A DNA stretch of 64,000 nucleotides from an uncultured Chloroflexia bacterium (GTDB lineage Bacteria > Chloroflexota > Limnocylindria > Limnocylindrales > CSP1-4), in contig CAWFXA010000002.1 in assembly GCA_963819655.1 (NCBI GenBank), forward strand, positions 64,001 to 128,000, written 5' to 3'. How positions within the stretch are numbered: position 1 is the first letter of the stretch; every line of letters begins with the position of its first letter. The notes below the pieces were generated by a model. It saw only the letters and a list, made by a program, of their open reading frames with translations. It ran no database searches and had not been told where the DNA came from. Below are positions 1 to 10,192 of the stretch, piece after piece. The translations under genes were made by a program, and so were the position numbers.

Positions 1-819
1 TACCGAGTCGGACGGCTCCTCGCGGTCACACCCGTCGTCCCGGTGGCGCACGCGCTCGAGCTGGCCTCCGGGCCGCCGCGGTTCGTCGCGGTGCGCGGCC
101 GGATCGACACCGACCAGGAGTTCGAGGACGACGCGCACCGCCCCCTCGTCTTGCGTCGGGTCCGCTTCCAGCTCGCCGCAGGCAGCGGCTGGACCACCAT
201 CGACGAGCAGCGCCAGTCCGTGGGCTTCGAGGTCCGCGAGGGCCTTGACGCGATCGCCGTCGACCACGATGCGATCGCCGACGGGCTCATCGTCATCCCG
301 CGCCAGTCCGTGGGAACGGCTGCGGACGCGCCCGATCGCGTCCCACCCGGCACGGCGCCGGACGTTCCGCTGCGCTTGCGGGTCGAGCAGTTGTCGTCTG
401 TCGAGCACGCGACGGTGGCCGGGGTGCCGTCGATCGACCCCGCGAGCGGCATCGCGCGCATGTCAGCCGGTCTCGGGCGCCCGCTCATCGTCACGACCCT
501 CGAACGCGATGAGGCGATGCGCGTGCTCGCGGGCGACGCGCGGCGACGGCCGCTGATCGCCGTGATCGCGCTGGCGATCGGGCTCATCGCGATCACCTTT
601 GGCCTCGTGTGGGCTGTGGCCGGCGCGTTCACACGACCGGTCCTGGCCGCGACCCCGTCGCCGTCGGCCGTCCTCGGCGGCGATCCGCGCAGCAGCGGCG
701 AGGGCCCTGGGCTAGTCGGCGATCCCCTGACGGCCATCGTGCTCGTGCTCGTGATCGGCATCGGCGCCGCCGTCGCGACGGCGCTGTACGTCCGCCTGAC
801 GGGCGGTCGCCGGGCCTGA
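1..819 (+). CDS. Membrane-anchored hypothetical protein, 5'-truncated by the window edge
   Basis: Frame is open from base 1 (YRVGRLLAVTPVVP...) to TGA at 817-819. Soluble region followed by two hydrophobic helices (LIAVIALAIGLIAITFGLVWAV; AIVLVLVIGIGAAVATALYV). Confidence 0.7.
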   Translation, partial: YRVGRLLAVTPVVPVAHALELASGPPRFVAVRGRIDTDQEFEDDAHRPLVLRRVRFQLAAGSGWTTIDEQRQSVGFEVREGLDAIAVDHDAIADGLIVIPRQSVGTAADAPDRVPPGTAPDVPLRLRVEQLSSVEHATVAGVPSIDPASGIARMSAGLGRPLIVTTLERDEAMRVLAGDARRRPLIAVIALAIGLIAITFGLVWAVAGAFTRPVLAATPSPSAVLGGDPRSSGEGPGLVGDPLTAIVLVLVIGIGAAVATALYVRLTGGRRA

Positions 820-872
820 TCGCGGGGTCCCGGGCGAACATCCGACCGCCGGGACCTTCGGACTATTGGCAA

Positions 873-916
873 GAACTGTGAGATTGGTAGCCTCGGCTAC
901 GTGCACTTCACAGTTC
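873..916 (+). promoter_or_regulatory. Nested inverted repeat (leader hairpin or operator) upstream of the diguanylate cyclase
   Basis: GAACTGTGA(873-881)/TCACAGTTC(908-916) encloses GTAGC-ctcg-GCTAC (887-900) and ends 13 nt before the ATG. Confidence 0.45.
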
Positions 917-929
917 CTCCATCGAGGCG

Positions 930-3863
930 ATGAGCGCCCACCTGCCCCCGCGCCCGATCGACGCGACACTCTCCGTCACCAAGGCCGCGCGGCTCCTGGG
1001 CGTGCATCCGAACACGGTCCGCACCTGGAGCGACGCGGGTCGTCTGCGGTTCTACCGGATCAACCCGCGCGGCGATCGGCGCTACCGGCTGGGTGACCTC
1101 CAGCGGTTCCTCGCGAACGCCGAGCAGGGCGCAGCCGACTCGGCCCGGCATGCGGGTGGAGCACCCCGCCGCCAGCCGGACGGACATCGCCAGCCGCCAG
1201 TCCGGGTCGATCTGGCACCGCTCCTCGACACGACCGACGTGGAGCGCCACCGCCGGGACCTGGCGCTCATCGACGCGATCGCCCGTGAGCCGTTCGGCCA
1301 GACGACGCTCGAGGAAGACCTGGACAGGTTCGCGGACCACGTCCGTGACGCCGGCGACCGTGCGATGGTCGTCATCTGGGAGCGCCACGACGATCGACTG
1401 ATGCCAGCCGCAGTGGCGGTACCACCCGGGGTCGCCCCTCCGCGTCTGCTCGACGTCCCGAGGTCGTTCGGCGTCCTCGGACGGGCACTCGAGGCCGCGA
1501 CGCGGCGAGGGGCCCGCTCGATCGACGATGCCCCCGGCGTACTCGCCGTGGAGGCCGACAAGGGCGAGCGGGTCACCGCGACCGTGCTGCCCGGCGATCG
1601 CGAGGAGCTCGCCGCCGCGATCCCAGGGCGCGATGGGCCGTGGGGCGTCCTGCTGGTCGTCGCCGCGCCAGGGGACGGCTTCGAGCCTCTCGATCACGAC
1701 CTCGCGACCGTCCTCGCCGACGGGATCGGCGCCATCGTCGGCGTCGTCCGCCGCGAGGAGGAGGTCGCGCACCTGCTGCATCGGGCGGAGGCGCTGCGTC
1801 GCGTGGCGGGCGACATCGGCAGCGGCGTCGACCTCGACCGTATCCTCGCCGGCCTCGTCGACCACGCGATGGTGCTGTTCGAGGGTGACCGTGGCGCGGT
1901 GTTCCTGCGCCAGCCCGACGGCAAGGTCGCGGCCGAGGTCAGCCGCGGCCTGTCAGCGGCGTACACCGCCGCGGTCCGCGACTTCCCGGAGCGGTGTCTG
2001 CCGAACTACGCGATCGCCGCCCGCCGACCGCTGTTCTCGACCAACTACCGTGACGACCCGCGGGGCGCCGATGTCCGTGCGGCGGTCGTCCAGGAGGGTT
2101 TCGACACGATGTGCACGGCGCCGTTGCTCGACGGCGATCACGTGCTCGGCCTTCTCAACGTGTACCACGACGAACCGCACGACTGGAGCGCGGACGAGCT
2201 CGAGACGATCACGGCCCTCGGGACCCAGGCCAGCGTGGCCATCCGCACTGCTCAGAACTTCGAGCAGATGGCGACCTGGACGGCCCAGCTGCAGTCCATC
2301 CAGCAGCTTGGGGCACGACTCAATCACCTCTCGAACGTCCGCGACATCGGCCTGGCGATCGGCACCGAGCTCCGGCAGCTGATCGACTATCACAACGTCC
2401 GCGTCTACCGGCGGATGGGCGACGAGCTGGTCCCCGTCGCACTCCGCGGACAGGTCGGTGAGTACGTCGACGAGACGCCCGACCAGCTGAAGGTCGCGGT
2501 GGGCGAGGGCATCACGGGCTGGGTCGCCGAGCACCGCATCGCCCAGTACCTTCCCGACGCGAGCACCGACCCGCGCGCGGACACCATCCCCGGCACCGAG
2601 GACGACCTCGAGGAATCGATGCTGCTCGCACCGATGCTGTTCGAGGACGACGTCCTCGGCGTGCTCGTGCTCTCGAAGCTCGGCCTCCACCAGTTCAGCG
2701 ACGACGACCTGCGCCTGCTCGTGATCTACGCGAGCTTCGCGGCGCAGGCGATGGCCAACGCGGATGCCACGGGCCGGCTGCGGGAGCAATCGGCGGCGCT
2801 CGAGCAGCAGCTCCGCAGCCAGCGCGCGCTCCTCCAGATCACCGAGTCGATCCTGACGACGCTCGACGGCCGGGCCGTGCTGGAGGGCATCACCGAACGG
2901 CTCGGTGGGCTCATCGCTTGCGACAACGTCGCGATCGAAGTGCTCGATCCGGCGACTGGCCTGCTGACGCCGTTGACGGCGCGTGGCGTCCATGCGGCCG
3001 CGTACATGGAGCCCTGGGAACCGGGTGAGACCGGCGTCGCGACCTGGGTGGTCGAGCACAACGAACCCGTCTACATCGACGACGAGCGCAGCGACCCGCG
3101 CGTCAATCATTTCCGCGTGACTGACGGGATCGACGAGACCTCGGCGGATGGCAGCCTCATCGTCGTGCCGCTGCGCGGCCGATCCGGCGCGATCGGGGTC
3201 CTGACGATCGAGCGGCTCGGCGTCGGGAATACGTTCGCGCCCGAGGAGTTCGACCTCGTGAAACTGTTCGCGGCGCAGGTGTCGATCGCCCTGCAGAACG
3301 CGGAGGTGTATCGCGCCGTCGAGATCCGAGCCCAGACGGATGGCCTGACCGGCCTTCTCAATCACACCACGTTCGAGGACCACCTGGGTCGCGCGGTGCG
3401 CGACGGCGCGCCCTTCGGGCTCATCATGCTCGACCTCGACGACTTCCGGCAGGTCAACAACCGGATGGGCCACCTCGCCGGCGACGAGGAGCTACGGCGC
3501 ATCGCCAAGGCCTTGACGCGGTCGGGCCGCGACTCCGACCTCGTGTTCCGCTACGGCGGCGACGAGTTCGCGTTCCTGCTGCCGCACACCGACACCGCCG
3601 GCGCGCGGCAGGTCGCGGAACGGGCTGGCGCCGCGGTGCGCGGCCTCGGCGGTCCGGTCACTGCCTCGATCGGGGTCGCGACGTTCCCCATCGACGGCGC
3701 GACGGCGGCGGACGTCCTGCTCGCCGCGGACCGAGCGTGCTTCGTCGCCAAGCGCGGTGGCCGCGATCGCGTCGCGACCGCCGCCGAGGGCCTCGCCCTC
3801 GCGGCCGAGTTCCGGCCCCAGGCGCCGACGCCGGTCGACTCCGAGGTGGAAGCAGCGAGCTAG
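930..3863 (+). CDS. Diguanylate cyclase with N-terminal excisionase/BldC-like HTH and multiple GAF domains
   Basis: N-terminus LSVTKAARLLGVHPNTVRTWSDAGRL...GDRRYR (MerR/excisionase-type HTH). Three clear GAF domains plus one degenerate. C-terminal TDGLTGLLN...DLDDF...RDSD-LVFRY-GGDEF with intact A-site and RxxD I-site. Confidence 0.93.
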   Translation: MSAHLPPRPIDATLSVTKAARLLGVHPNTVRTWSDAGRLRFYRINPRGDRRYRLGDLQRFLANAEQGAADSARHAGGAPRRQPDGHRQPPVRVDLAPLLDTTDVERHRRDLALIDAIAREPFGQTTLEEDLDRFADHVRDAGDRAMVVIWERHDDRLMPAAVAVPPGVAPPRLLDVPRSFGVLGRALEAATRRGARSIDDAPGVLAVEADKGERVTATVLPGDREELAAAIPGRDGPWGVLLVVAAPGDGFEPLDHDLATVLADGIGAIVGVVRREEEVAHLLHRAEALRRVAGDIGSGVDLDRILAGLVDHAMVLFEGDRGAVFLRQPDGKVAAEVSRGLSAAYTAAVRDFPERCLPNYAIAARRPLFSTNYRDDPRGADVRAAVVQEGFDTMCTAPLLDGDHVLGLLNVYHDEPHDWSADELETITALGTQASVAIRTAQNFEQMATWTAQLQSIQQLGARLNHLSNVRDIGLAIGTELRQLIDYHNVRVYRRMGDELVPVALRGQVGEYVDETPDQLKVAVGEGITGWVAEHRIAQYLPDASTDPRADTIPGTEDDLEESMLLAPMLFEDDVLGVLVLSKLGLHQFSDDDLRLLVIYASFAAQAMANADATGRLREQSAALEQQLRSQRALLQITESILTTLDGRAVLEGITERLGGLIACDNVAIEVLDPATGLLTPLTARGVHAAAYMEPWEPGETGVATWVVEHNEPVYIDDERSDPRVNHFRVTDGIDETSADGSLIVVPLRGRSGAIGVLTIERLGVGNTFAPEEFDLVKLFAAQVSIALQNAEVYRAVEIRAQTDGLTGLLNHTTFEDHLGRAVRDGAPFGLIMLDLDDFRQVNNRMGHLAGDEELRRIAKALTRSGRDSDLVFRYGGDEFAFLLPHTDTAGARQVAERAGAAVRGLGGPVTASIGVATFPIDGATAADVLLAADRACFVAKRGGRDRVATAAEGLALAAEFRPQAPTPVDSEVEAAS

Positions 3864-3899
3864 TCGCTCCCTGCGGGCCCGGGGGACGATGCAACCCTA

Positions 3900-4037
3900 G
3901 AGATGCGCCGATATCGGCGCATCTCGGCGTTTGATCGGGCGATTCGTGCTCAGCCTCGATCGCCGCGATGACGCTGATGGCGTCGCCCTGAACGACTCGC
4001 GGATTGTGGGCCCTGGATGCGACGATTTCGGCGCATC
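3900..4037. repeat. REP-like palindrome doublet
   Basis: Perfect 26-bp palindrome GAGATGCGCCGATATCGGCGCATCTC (3900-3925) and a 22-nt copy with 2 mismatches, GATGCGACGATTTCGGCGCATC (4016-4037). Confidence 0.75.
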
Positions 4038-4095
4038 GGCGTCGGATGACGGCCGGGCGCTGGCGCCAAACGCACACACCGGCCACGATCCGGTG

Positions 4096-4590
4096 ATGCG
4101 GGAACACCTCCGGGCGCTGTCAGCGGCCATCGCGATCTTCTCGATCGTGGTCGCCTGCATCCCACCGACAGGCCGGTTCACGACGCCGTCCGAGCCGCCT
4201 GCCGCGTCGGAGGCCGTCGCGACGCCGGTGACCTCCCCAGGCGGGCCCTCGTCACGGCCGTCGTTCATCCGTCCGACGCCGACGCCGCTGCCGACCTTCC
4301 TCGTCTACACCGTCAGGCCGGGCGACACGCTGACCTCGATCGCCCGGCTGTTCGGCACGACCGCGCGCAGCATCGCGTTCTGGAACCGCGCGAACCATCC
4401 GTCGCTCGACCCGGACTCCCCGAGCTACGCGCCGGATCGCATCCAGGCCGGCTGGAACCTGAACCTGGTCCCCGATGTCGAGCTCGATCCCGAGGACCTG
4501 CCGGACCTGCCGACGGCGGCGCCGACGGGACCCAGCCGGGGCACGTCCGGCCCAGGCCCGTCCAGCTCCGCCACGCCCGTGTCGTCCTAA
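4096..4590 (+). CDS. LysM-domain lipoprotein
   Basis: Signal peptide/lipobox (IVVAC), Pro/Thr linker and LysM motif YTVRPGDTLTSIARLFGTT. CACGAT -10-like box 6 nt before ATG 4096. Confidence 0.85.
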   Translation: MREHLRALSAAIAIFSIVVACIPPTGRFTTPSEPPAASEAVATPVTSPGGPSSRPSFIRPTPTPLPTFLVYTVRPGDTLTSIARLFGTTARSIAFWNRANHPSLDPDSPSYAPDRIQAGWNLNLVPDVELDPEDLPDLPTAAPTGPSRGTSGPGPSSSATPVSS

Positions 4591-4606
4591 GTCAGAGCCG
4601 CCCGAG

Positions 4607-5371
4607 TCAGAGCCGCCCGGCGTCGATGATGCGCTGGAGGAATTGCCGCGTCCGGGGCTCGCGCGGGTCGCTGAACACCTGATCCGGCGGACCGGACTCG
4701 AAGATCACGCCCTCATCGAGGAAGCAGACGCGATCGGCGATCTCGCGTGCGAAACCCATCTCGTGGGTCGCGATCAGCATCGTCATGCCCCCGCTGGCGA
4801 GCTCCCGGATCACGCCCAGCACCTCGGCGACGAGCTCCGGGTCGAGGGCGCTGGTCACCTCGTCGAGCAGCAGCAGGTCGGGCTGCATCGCCAGCGCGCG
4901 GATGATCGCGACGCGCTGCTGCTGACCGCCGGATAGGCGATCCGGGTAGTCGATCCGCTTGTCGGCCAGTCCGAACCGTTCGAGCAGCCGGGTCGCCGCC
5001 GCCTCGGCGTCGGCGCGGGGTGTCCGCAGCACCTTCCGCGGGGCGAGCGTGATGTTGTCGAGGACCGACATGTGCGGGAACAGGTTGTAGGCCTGGAACA
5101 CGATGCCGATGCGCCGCCGGATCCGGTCCACGTTGACGTCGAGCGCGGTGATCTCGTCGCCCTCGATGACGATGCGTCCGGCGTCGATCGGCTCGATCAG
5201 GTTGATGCAGCGGAGCAGCGTCGATTTGCCTGAGCCAGACGCGCCGATGAGGCAGACGACCTCGTGCTCTGCGACGTCGAGGTCGATGCCGCGCAGGACG
5301 GCCAGCGACCCGAACGACTTCTCGAGGCCCTCGATGTGGACGGCCGGGACGGGCCTGGGTGACGCGGTCAT
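4607..5371 (-). CDS. Polar amino acid ABC transporter ATP-binding protein (GlnQ family)
   Basis: Walker A GASGSGKS, signature LSGGQQQR, Walker B LLLDE, H-loop ATHEMGFA. Confidence 0.95.
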   Translation of the reverse strand: MTASPRPVPAVHIEGLEKSFGSLAVLRGIDLDVAEHEVVCLIGASGSGKSTLLRCINLIEPIDAGRIVIEGDEITALDVNVDRIRRRIGIVFQAYNLFPHMSVLDNITLAPRKVLRTPRADAEAAATRLLERFGLADKRIDYPDRLSGGQQQRVAIIRALAMQPDLLLLDEVTSALDPELVAEVLGVIRELASGGMTMLIATHEMGFAREIADRVCFLDEGVIFESGPPDQVFSDPREPRTRQFLQRIIDAGRL

Positions 5372-6199
5372 CGTCGACCTCCGTCAGCCTGCCGCCGATC
5401 CCGCGCGATGAGGAAGTCCGTCAGGCGGGCGAGCGGGATCGTCACGACGATGAACACGAGCGCGACCGCCATGTATGGCGTGAAGTTGAAGGCGGCGGCC
5501 TGCTTGATCTGTGCCGTCCGAAAGATCTCGACCACCCCGATGGACGACACGAGCACCGTGTCCTTCTGGAGACCGATGAAATCGTTGAGCAGCGGCGGCA
5601 CGACGCGCCGCACGGCCTGCGGGACGACGACGTGGCGGAGGCTCTGCCATCGGCTGAGACCGAGCGAGCGCGCCGCGGCATCCTGGCTCGGGTGGACCGA
5701 CTCGATGCCGGCGCGGTAGACCTCGGAGACGTATGCCGAATAGACCAGCGTCAGGGCCAGGATCCCGTACAGGATCGGGGGCGTCTTTGGGTCGACGAGG
5801 CCCAGCCCCGGGATCCCGAACCCGAGGACGAAGATGACGAGCAGCCCCGGGAGGGCCCGAAAGATGTCCGCGTAGAGCGTGGCGATCAGGCGGACCGGGA
5901 AGAACACCGGCCCCGGCAGGCTGCGCAGGATGGCGATGATCAGGCCGAAGATCAGGACCAGGATCTCCGCCGCGACGAAGAGCTGGATGTTGACGAAGAA
6001 GGCCGCGACGATGCCGGGCAACGCCGCGGCAAAGACACTCGGCATCGAGGAACGAGCTTTGGACGTCCGGCCAGCCGGGAGCGTTCACGACGACCAACGC
6101 CAGCACGCCGAAGACGACGACCGTGCTGGCCAGCGCGAGGAGCGACGAACGCAACGCCCGCCGTCGATCTCGGCGACGGCGGGCGTCGGTGACGTTCAT
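5368..6199 (-). CDS. Amino acid ABC transporter permease (frame break near 6038, probably a sequencing indel)
   Basis: N-terminal part in ORF 5384-6199 (to ...FLDAE) joins ORF 5368-6045 (VFAAALPG...). EAA-type motif SAYVSEVYRAGIESV...AARSLGLS. Confidence 0.88.
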
Positions 6200-6220
6200 G
6201 TGCGGGCGCGCCCGCGCGGT

Positions 6221-7159
6221 CTACGGACCGAAGACCGGGACGGCGTCCTGGAACGGGAGGAACTGGCTGGCCAGCGCTTCGAGCGTGCCCTCGTTGATCA
6301 GCACGTCGATGGCGCCGTTGACGCACTCGGTGAGCGGGCTGTCCTTGGCGAGCACGGCGCTGAAGTGCTCGGGCGTGCCACCCTTGAACTGTCCGACGAT
6401 GATCGAGTTCTCCAACTGCACGTTGGTGATGAAGTCGGCGGTCGGCAGGTCGACGACGACACCGTCGATGGAGCCCTGGCCAAGTGCCTCGATCGCGGCA
6501 TCGTTGGTGTCGAACACCTGTGGAGCGTTGGTCGGCGCGATAAGCGTGTTGATCGCGTCGAAGCTGGTCGTGCCGACCTGAGCGCCGAACGTGAACTCCT
6601 TGAGGGACGATGTCGAGTTCACCGCGGCGATCGGGGTGCCTTGCATCGCGACCAGCGACTGGTTGCCGAAGTAGTAGCCCTTCGAGAGGTCGACGTTCTC
6701 GGCACGCTCCGGCTTGAACGACACCTGGTTGAGGTCGATGTCGAAGGTCTTCGGGCCCGGCGCGAACGAGTTCGCGAACGGGACCACGACCCAGGTGACC
6801 TCATCACGGCCGAAGCCCAGCTGATCGGCGATGGCATAGCCGACCGCGCTCTCGAACCCAGTCGCGTTGGTCGGGTCGCCGAGCTCCCAAGGAGCGGTCT
6901 TGCTCCCGTCGGTGTTCTCGAGGAAGTACGGCGGGTACGCGGGATTGTCAGTGCCGATCGTGAACGTGCCGGCCGTCACCAGGGTGAGGCTGTCCTTGGC
7001 GCACGCGCCAGGGCTTGCCACGGCCTCGCTGGGGGCGACCGACGGCTCGACCGACGGGGCGACGGGGGTCGCGCTGATGGGGGCCGCGCCAGGGCTCGTG
7101 CAGGCCGCGAGCAGGATCGCGAGCATGCCGGCGCTGGCGACGCCTGTGGTCTTGCGCAT
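6221..7159 (-). CDS. Amino acid ABC transporter substrate-binding lipoprotein (family 3)
   Basis: MRKTTG...LLAAC lipobox, GTFTIGTDNPAYPPY and GAQVGTT motifs. First gene of the SBP-permease-ATPase operon. Confidence 0.92.
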   Translation of the reverse strand: MRKTTGVASAGMLAILLAACTSPGAAPISATPVAPSVEPSVAPSEAVASPGACAKDSLTLVTAGTFTIGTDNPAYPPYFLENTDGSKTAPWELGDPTNATGFESAVGYAIADQLGFGRDEVTWVVVPFANSFAPGPKTFDIDLNQVSFKPERAENVDLSKGYYFGNQSLVAMQGTPIAAVNSTSSLKEFTFGAQVGTTSFDAINTLIAPTNAPQVFDTNDAAIEALGQGSIDGVVVDLPTADFITNVQLENSIIVGQFKGGTPEHFSAVLAKDSPLTECVNGAIDVLINEGTLEALASQFLPFQDAVPVFGP

Positions 7160-7195
7160 GGGATGCCTCTCCGAAAGGGAACGGGGACGCGCGAG

Positions 7196-7224
7196 AGTGT
7201 ACCCGCCGATGTCATAGGTGTCAG
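7196..7224 (-). promoter_or_regulatory. Sigma70-type promoter of the ABC operon
   Basis: Minus strand reads CTGACA-N17-TACACT. Confidence 0.6.
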
Positions 7225-7269
7225 GTAGGAGTTCGGCGCAGGCGATCAGTCGTTGCGCCGCCCGAAACG

Positions 7270-7311
7270 CGCCGAAGCGGCGCCGGGAGGAGGTTCGGCG
7301 CCGCTTCGGCG
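7270..7311. repeat. Perfect 16-bp stem-loop (REP-like or terminator)
   Basis: CGCCGAAGCGGCGCCG-N10-CGGCGCCGCTTCGGCG. Confidence 0.7.
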
Positions 7312-7371
7312 TTGGTCGATCGCTCGGGCGGGAGGAGGGTCGCACCCTCGCGATCGGGTGATATGCGGAGA

Positions 7372-7743
7372 TCAGTGCGGTCGGGCGGTGCCTCCGTCGG
7401 ACGGTCCGAACCGTCCGTTCTGGACCATCGCCTTGAGGAAAAGCAGTTGGTTGACCTGGCGGATCGACCATCGCCCATCGGCGACGGGGATGCCGCACAG
7501 GAATGCGGTCAGCGTGGCGGCTTCGTCAGGCGCGAGGCCCCTGCTCACCAGGAGCCGGTAGGTCGAACGCGTCTCCGGCTGGACCGTCTCGTCCCTGGCC
7601 GGTGACTGGGCCGGGGAGGGTGTCGGCTTCGTTGCCGCGGACCCAGCTCCGACCGTGGACCCGGCCCCGAGCAAGCGCACCGACGAAGCGTGGCGAGGCG
7701 ATCGCCCGCGTCCCCGTGAACCTCGCTGCGCCGGCCCGTCCAT
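7372..7743 (-). CDS. Small hypothetical protein
   Basis: The C-terminal half looks protein-like (YRLLVSRGLAPDEAATLTAFLCGIP...WSIRQVNQLLFL). Start codon uncertain. Confidence 0.55.
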   Translation of the reverse strand: MDGPAQRGSRGRGRSPRHASSVRLLGAGSTVGAGSAATKPTPSPAQSPARDETVQPETRSTYRLLVSRGLAPDEAATLTAFLCGIPVADGRWSIRQVNQLLFLKAMVQNGRFGPSDGGTARPH

Positions 7744-7924
7744 GTGTCACTGGCCTCTCGGATCCCCTCGATATCCGCCTCCGGATGGTCCGGTGCGGTA
7801 GGGGCATGCTGGTCCCGGCTGGCACCGGTCGCGATGACCCATCGGTCCTACGCCGACCGGTACTTCCGGTGACGCGCCTCCCCAACGACCCGTCCGGCCG
7901 CGCGAGAGCCCTAGACTCGGCGCC

Positions 7925-9121
7925 ATGCGCGTTCGACGCCTCGGTCTGCGGCTCATCGGATTGGCCCTGGTCTGCGCTTGGGGACTCGCCGCGGCGCTGG
8001 TGCTGCTGGCGTATCGGCCGGGCGGCCCGCTCGACCTGATCGTCGGGATCACGATGTTGCTGCCGCTGGGGATCGCGGCCCTGGCGGTCCGCTGGCCGCC
8101 CCTCGCCCGCCGCGAGGTGTCCCACGCGCTGATCGTGGCGCTCGGGTTCGCGACACTGCTCGTCCTGCTGCCGTCCATCGGCGGCGTGCTGAACCAGCTG
8201 CAGGCGTACGGCTCGCAGACGCTGATGCCGTCGCCCGAGGCTGCGTACCCGTGGCTGCTCGCACTCATCGGGACCAGCCTGTTCGCGGGCTTCGGTCAGG
8301 CCCGCCGGGTGATGGGCGGCATGGCGCGCCGTCGCCAGCGGCTGCTCCTCGGCCTGGCCATCGCCACCTCCCTGACGCTCGTCGCCGGCACGGCGTTCGG
8401 CGGCGCCGCGATCGCCAACGAGCTGAGCCTGCGCGACACCGTCCGGCCGAGCATCGGCTCGCGCTTCGGACCGACCGACATCGGCGCCGACGTGGAGCCG
8501 CCATCGTGCGACGGCGCGGTCGTGGCGGGCTCGACGGCGCGCCTTGCGGCACGGTTCGTGGGCTCGATCGACGGACGGCAGAGCGGGACGGTCGATCTCG
8601 TCGGTCACCGGTCGCGGGCGGACTTCCGCTGGCTCGCGTACGTCGCCACCAACCGTGAGCTGGGCCAGTACGGCCAAGCCCGGCGCGGCGACGCCGGGTG
8701 GCTCCGCACGCCCGCCGCCGGCTGGGTGCCCACCCTGCTGACGGTCGTCCGGGACTCGACGCTCGACCTGCAGACAGTCGCCGTCGCGCTCACCGACGGC
8801 GCCCGAGCCACCGCCGAGGACTACGGCATCGAGGTCATCGAGCGGGCGCCGGCGCGGCGCTGCCGCGTGTCCGTCGACGGGTCGATCTTCCGGGCGATCT
8901 TTCCCCCTGTCGCGTGGCTCGTCGGCGACCACGATCTCGAGCGCTGGCGGGGCCAGCTCGATTACTGGGTCTTCCTCGACGGTGCACTCGGCCAGGTCGC
9001 GGGGTCGATCAACGGCGAGGCCAGCGGGATCGAGGAGGAAGCCATCCAGGGCAAGATCGAAGTGCTGCTGACCGCGACCGAGCGCGGCCGCGACGTCGTG
9101 ATCGCGGCGCCGGCGCCATGA
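7925..9121 (+). CDS. Membrane protein, about 5 TM helices plus an extracytoplasmic beta-rich domain
   Basis: Five hydrophobic segments then a soluble domain. TAGACT -10 box 7 nt before the ATG. Stop overlaps the WYL start (ATGA). Confidence 0.8.
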   Translation: MRVRRLGLRLIGLALVCAWGLAAALVLLAYRPGGPLDLIVGITMLLPLGIAALAVRWPPLARREVSHALIVALGFATLLVLLPSIGGVLNQLQAYGSQTLMPSPEAAYPWLLALIGTSLFAGFGQARRVMGGMARRRQRLLLGLAIATSLTLVAGTAFGGAAIANELSLRDTVRPSIGSRFGPTDIGADVEPPSCDGAVVAGSTARLAARFVGSIDGRQSGTVDLVGHRSRADFRWLAYVATNRELGQYGQARRGDAGWLRTPAAGWVPTLLTVVRDSTLDLQTVAVALTDGARATAEDYGIEVIERAPARRCRVSVDGSIFRAIFPPVAWLVGDHDLERWRGQLDYWVFLDGALGQVAGSINGEASGIEEEAIQGKIEVLLTATERGRDVVIAAPAP

Positions 9122-10142
9122 CGTTCGACGCGGACGAGCGGCCGTTCGGCAAGCGCGACCGCCTCGCCCGGATGCTGCGCGTCGTCGCGGTGCTGCGCGG
9201 CCACCCCGACGGCATCCGACCCGCCGAGATCGCCCGCCGCACCGGAGTCGCGACGCGGACCGTCTACCGCGACCTGCGCGCGCTCGAGACCGAAGTGGGC
9301 GTCGCGGTCTGGTCGGAGGACGGGCTGTGGGGTGTCGTCGGCGAGGAGTTCCTGCCACCGCTCAAGCTGACCCTCGACGAGGCGATGGCCGTCGTGCTGT
9401 CGGCTCGCCTGATGGTCCGCTACGCCGACAAGTACGACCCGGACCTCGCCGCGGCGTTCGAGAAGCTCGAAGAAGTGCTGCCGCGGCCGCTCGCGGAGCA
9501 CGTCGAGCGGACTCTTGACGTCCTCGCCCAGCATCCGCGCGACGCCGCGTTCAGCGAGCACGTCCATCGGTTGACCCGGGCCTGGGCGGAGCGGCGGGTC
9601 GTGACGCTCGAGTACGAGCCGGCGCGCTACGGCCCCGATGCCGCCGCCCGGCGTGCGGTCGTCCGTCCGTACCTGATCGAGCCATCGCTCCAGACCCACG
9701 CCCTCTACCTGATCGGCTGGGACGAGACCCGCGACGCGCTGCGGACCTTCAAGATCGAGCGGATCAGGGATGTCGCGCTGACGCCGCGGACGTTCGACAT
9801 GCCGGAGGGCGACGGCGTCGAGGGAGCGCTGCGCCGGGCCTGGGACATCATCGCGGATCAGCCGCCGACAGAGATCGTTCTGCGCTTCGCACCGTCTGTC
9901 GCGACGCGTGTCCAGGAGGCGACGTGGCATCCGACCCAGCGGGTCGAGGTCGCGGCTGACGGCTCGCTGACCTGGCGGGCGACGGTCGCCGGGACGATCG
10001 AGATCCGGCTCTGGATCCTGTCGTGGGGCGACGATGTGGAGGTACTGGAGCCCGACGCTCTGCGATTTGACGTTGCCTCGACGCACCGTCGTGCCGGGGA
10101 GCGATACGGCTCGGACGGACAAGGGCTGGACGACTGGGTTAG
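9118..10142 (+). CDS. HTH-WYL-WCX transcriptional regulator (PafB/PafC/DriD-like). In-frame stop is missing, so the end is approximate.
   Basis: wHTH EIARRTGVATRTVYRDLRALE, WYL region VRPY...LYLIGWD...RTFKIERI, WCX region WILSWGDDVEVLEP. Similarity ends near 10110, and TAG codons lie at 10140 and 10145 in the other frames. Confidence 0.88.
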
Positions 10143-10192
10143 GGTAGTCCGATCACGAACCAACGTGCCCCCCACACGTAAAGGACGTGCTC

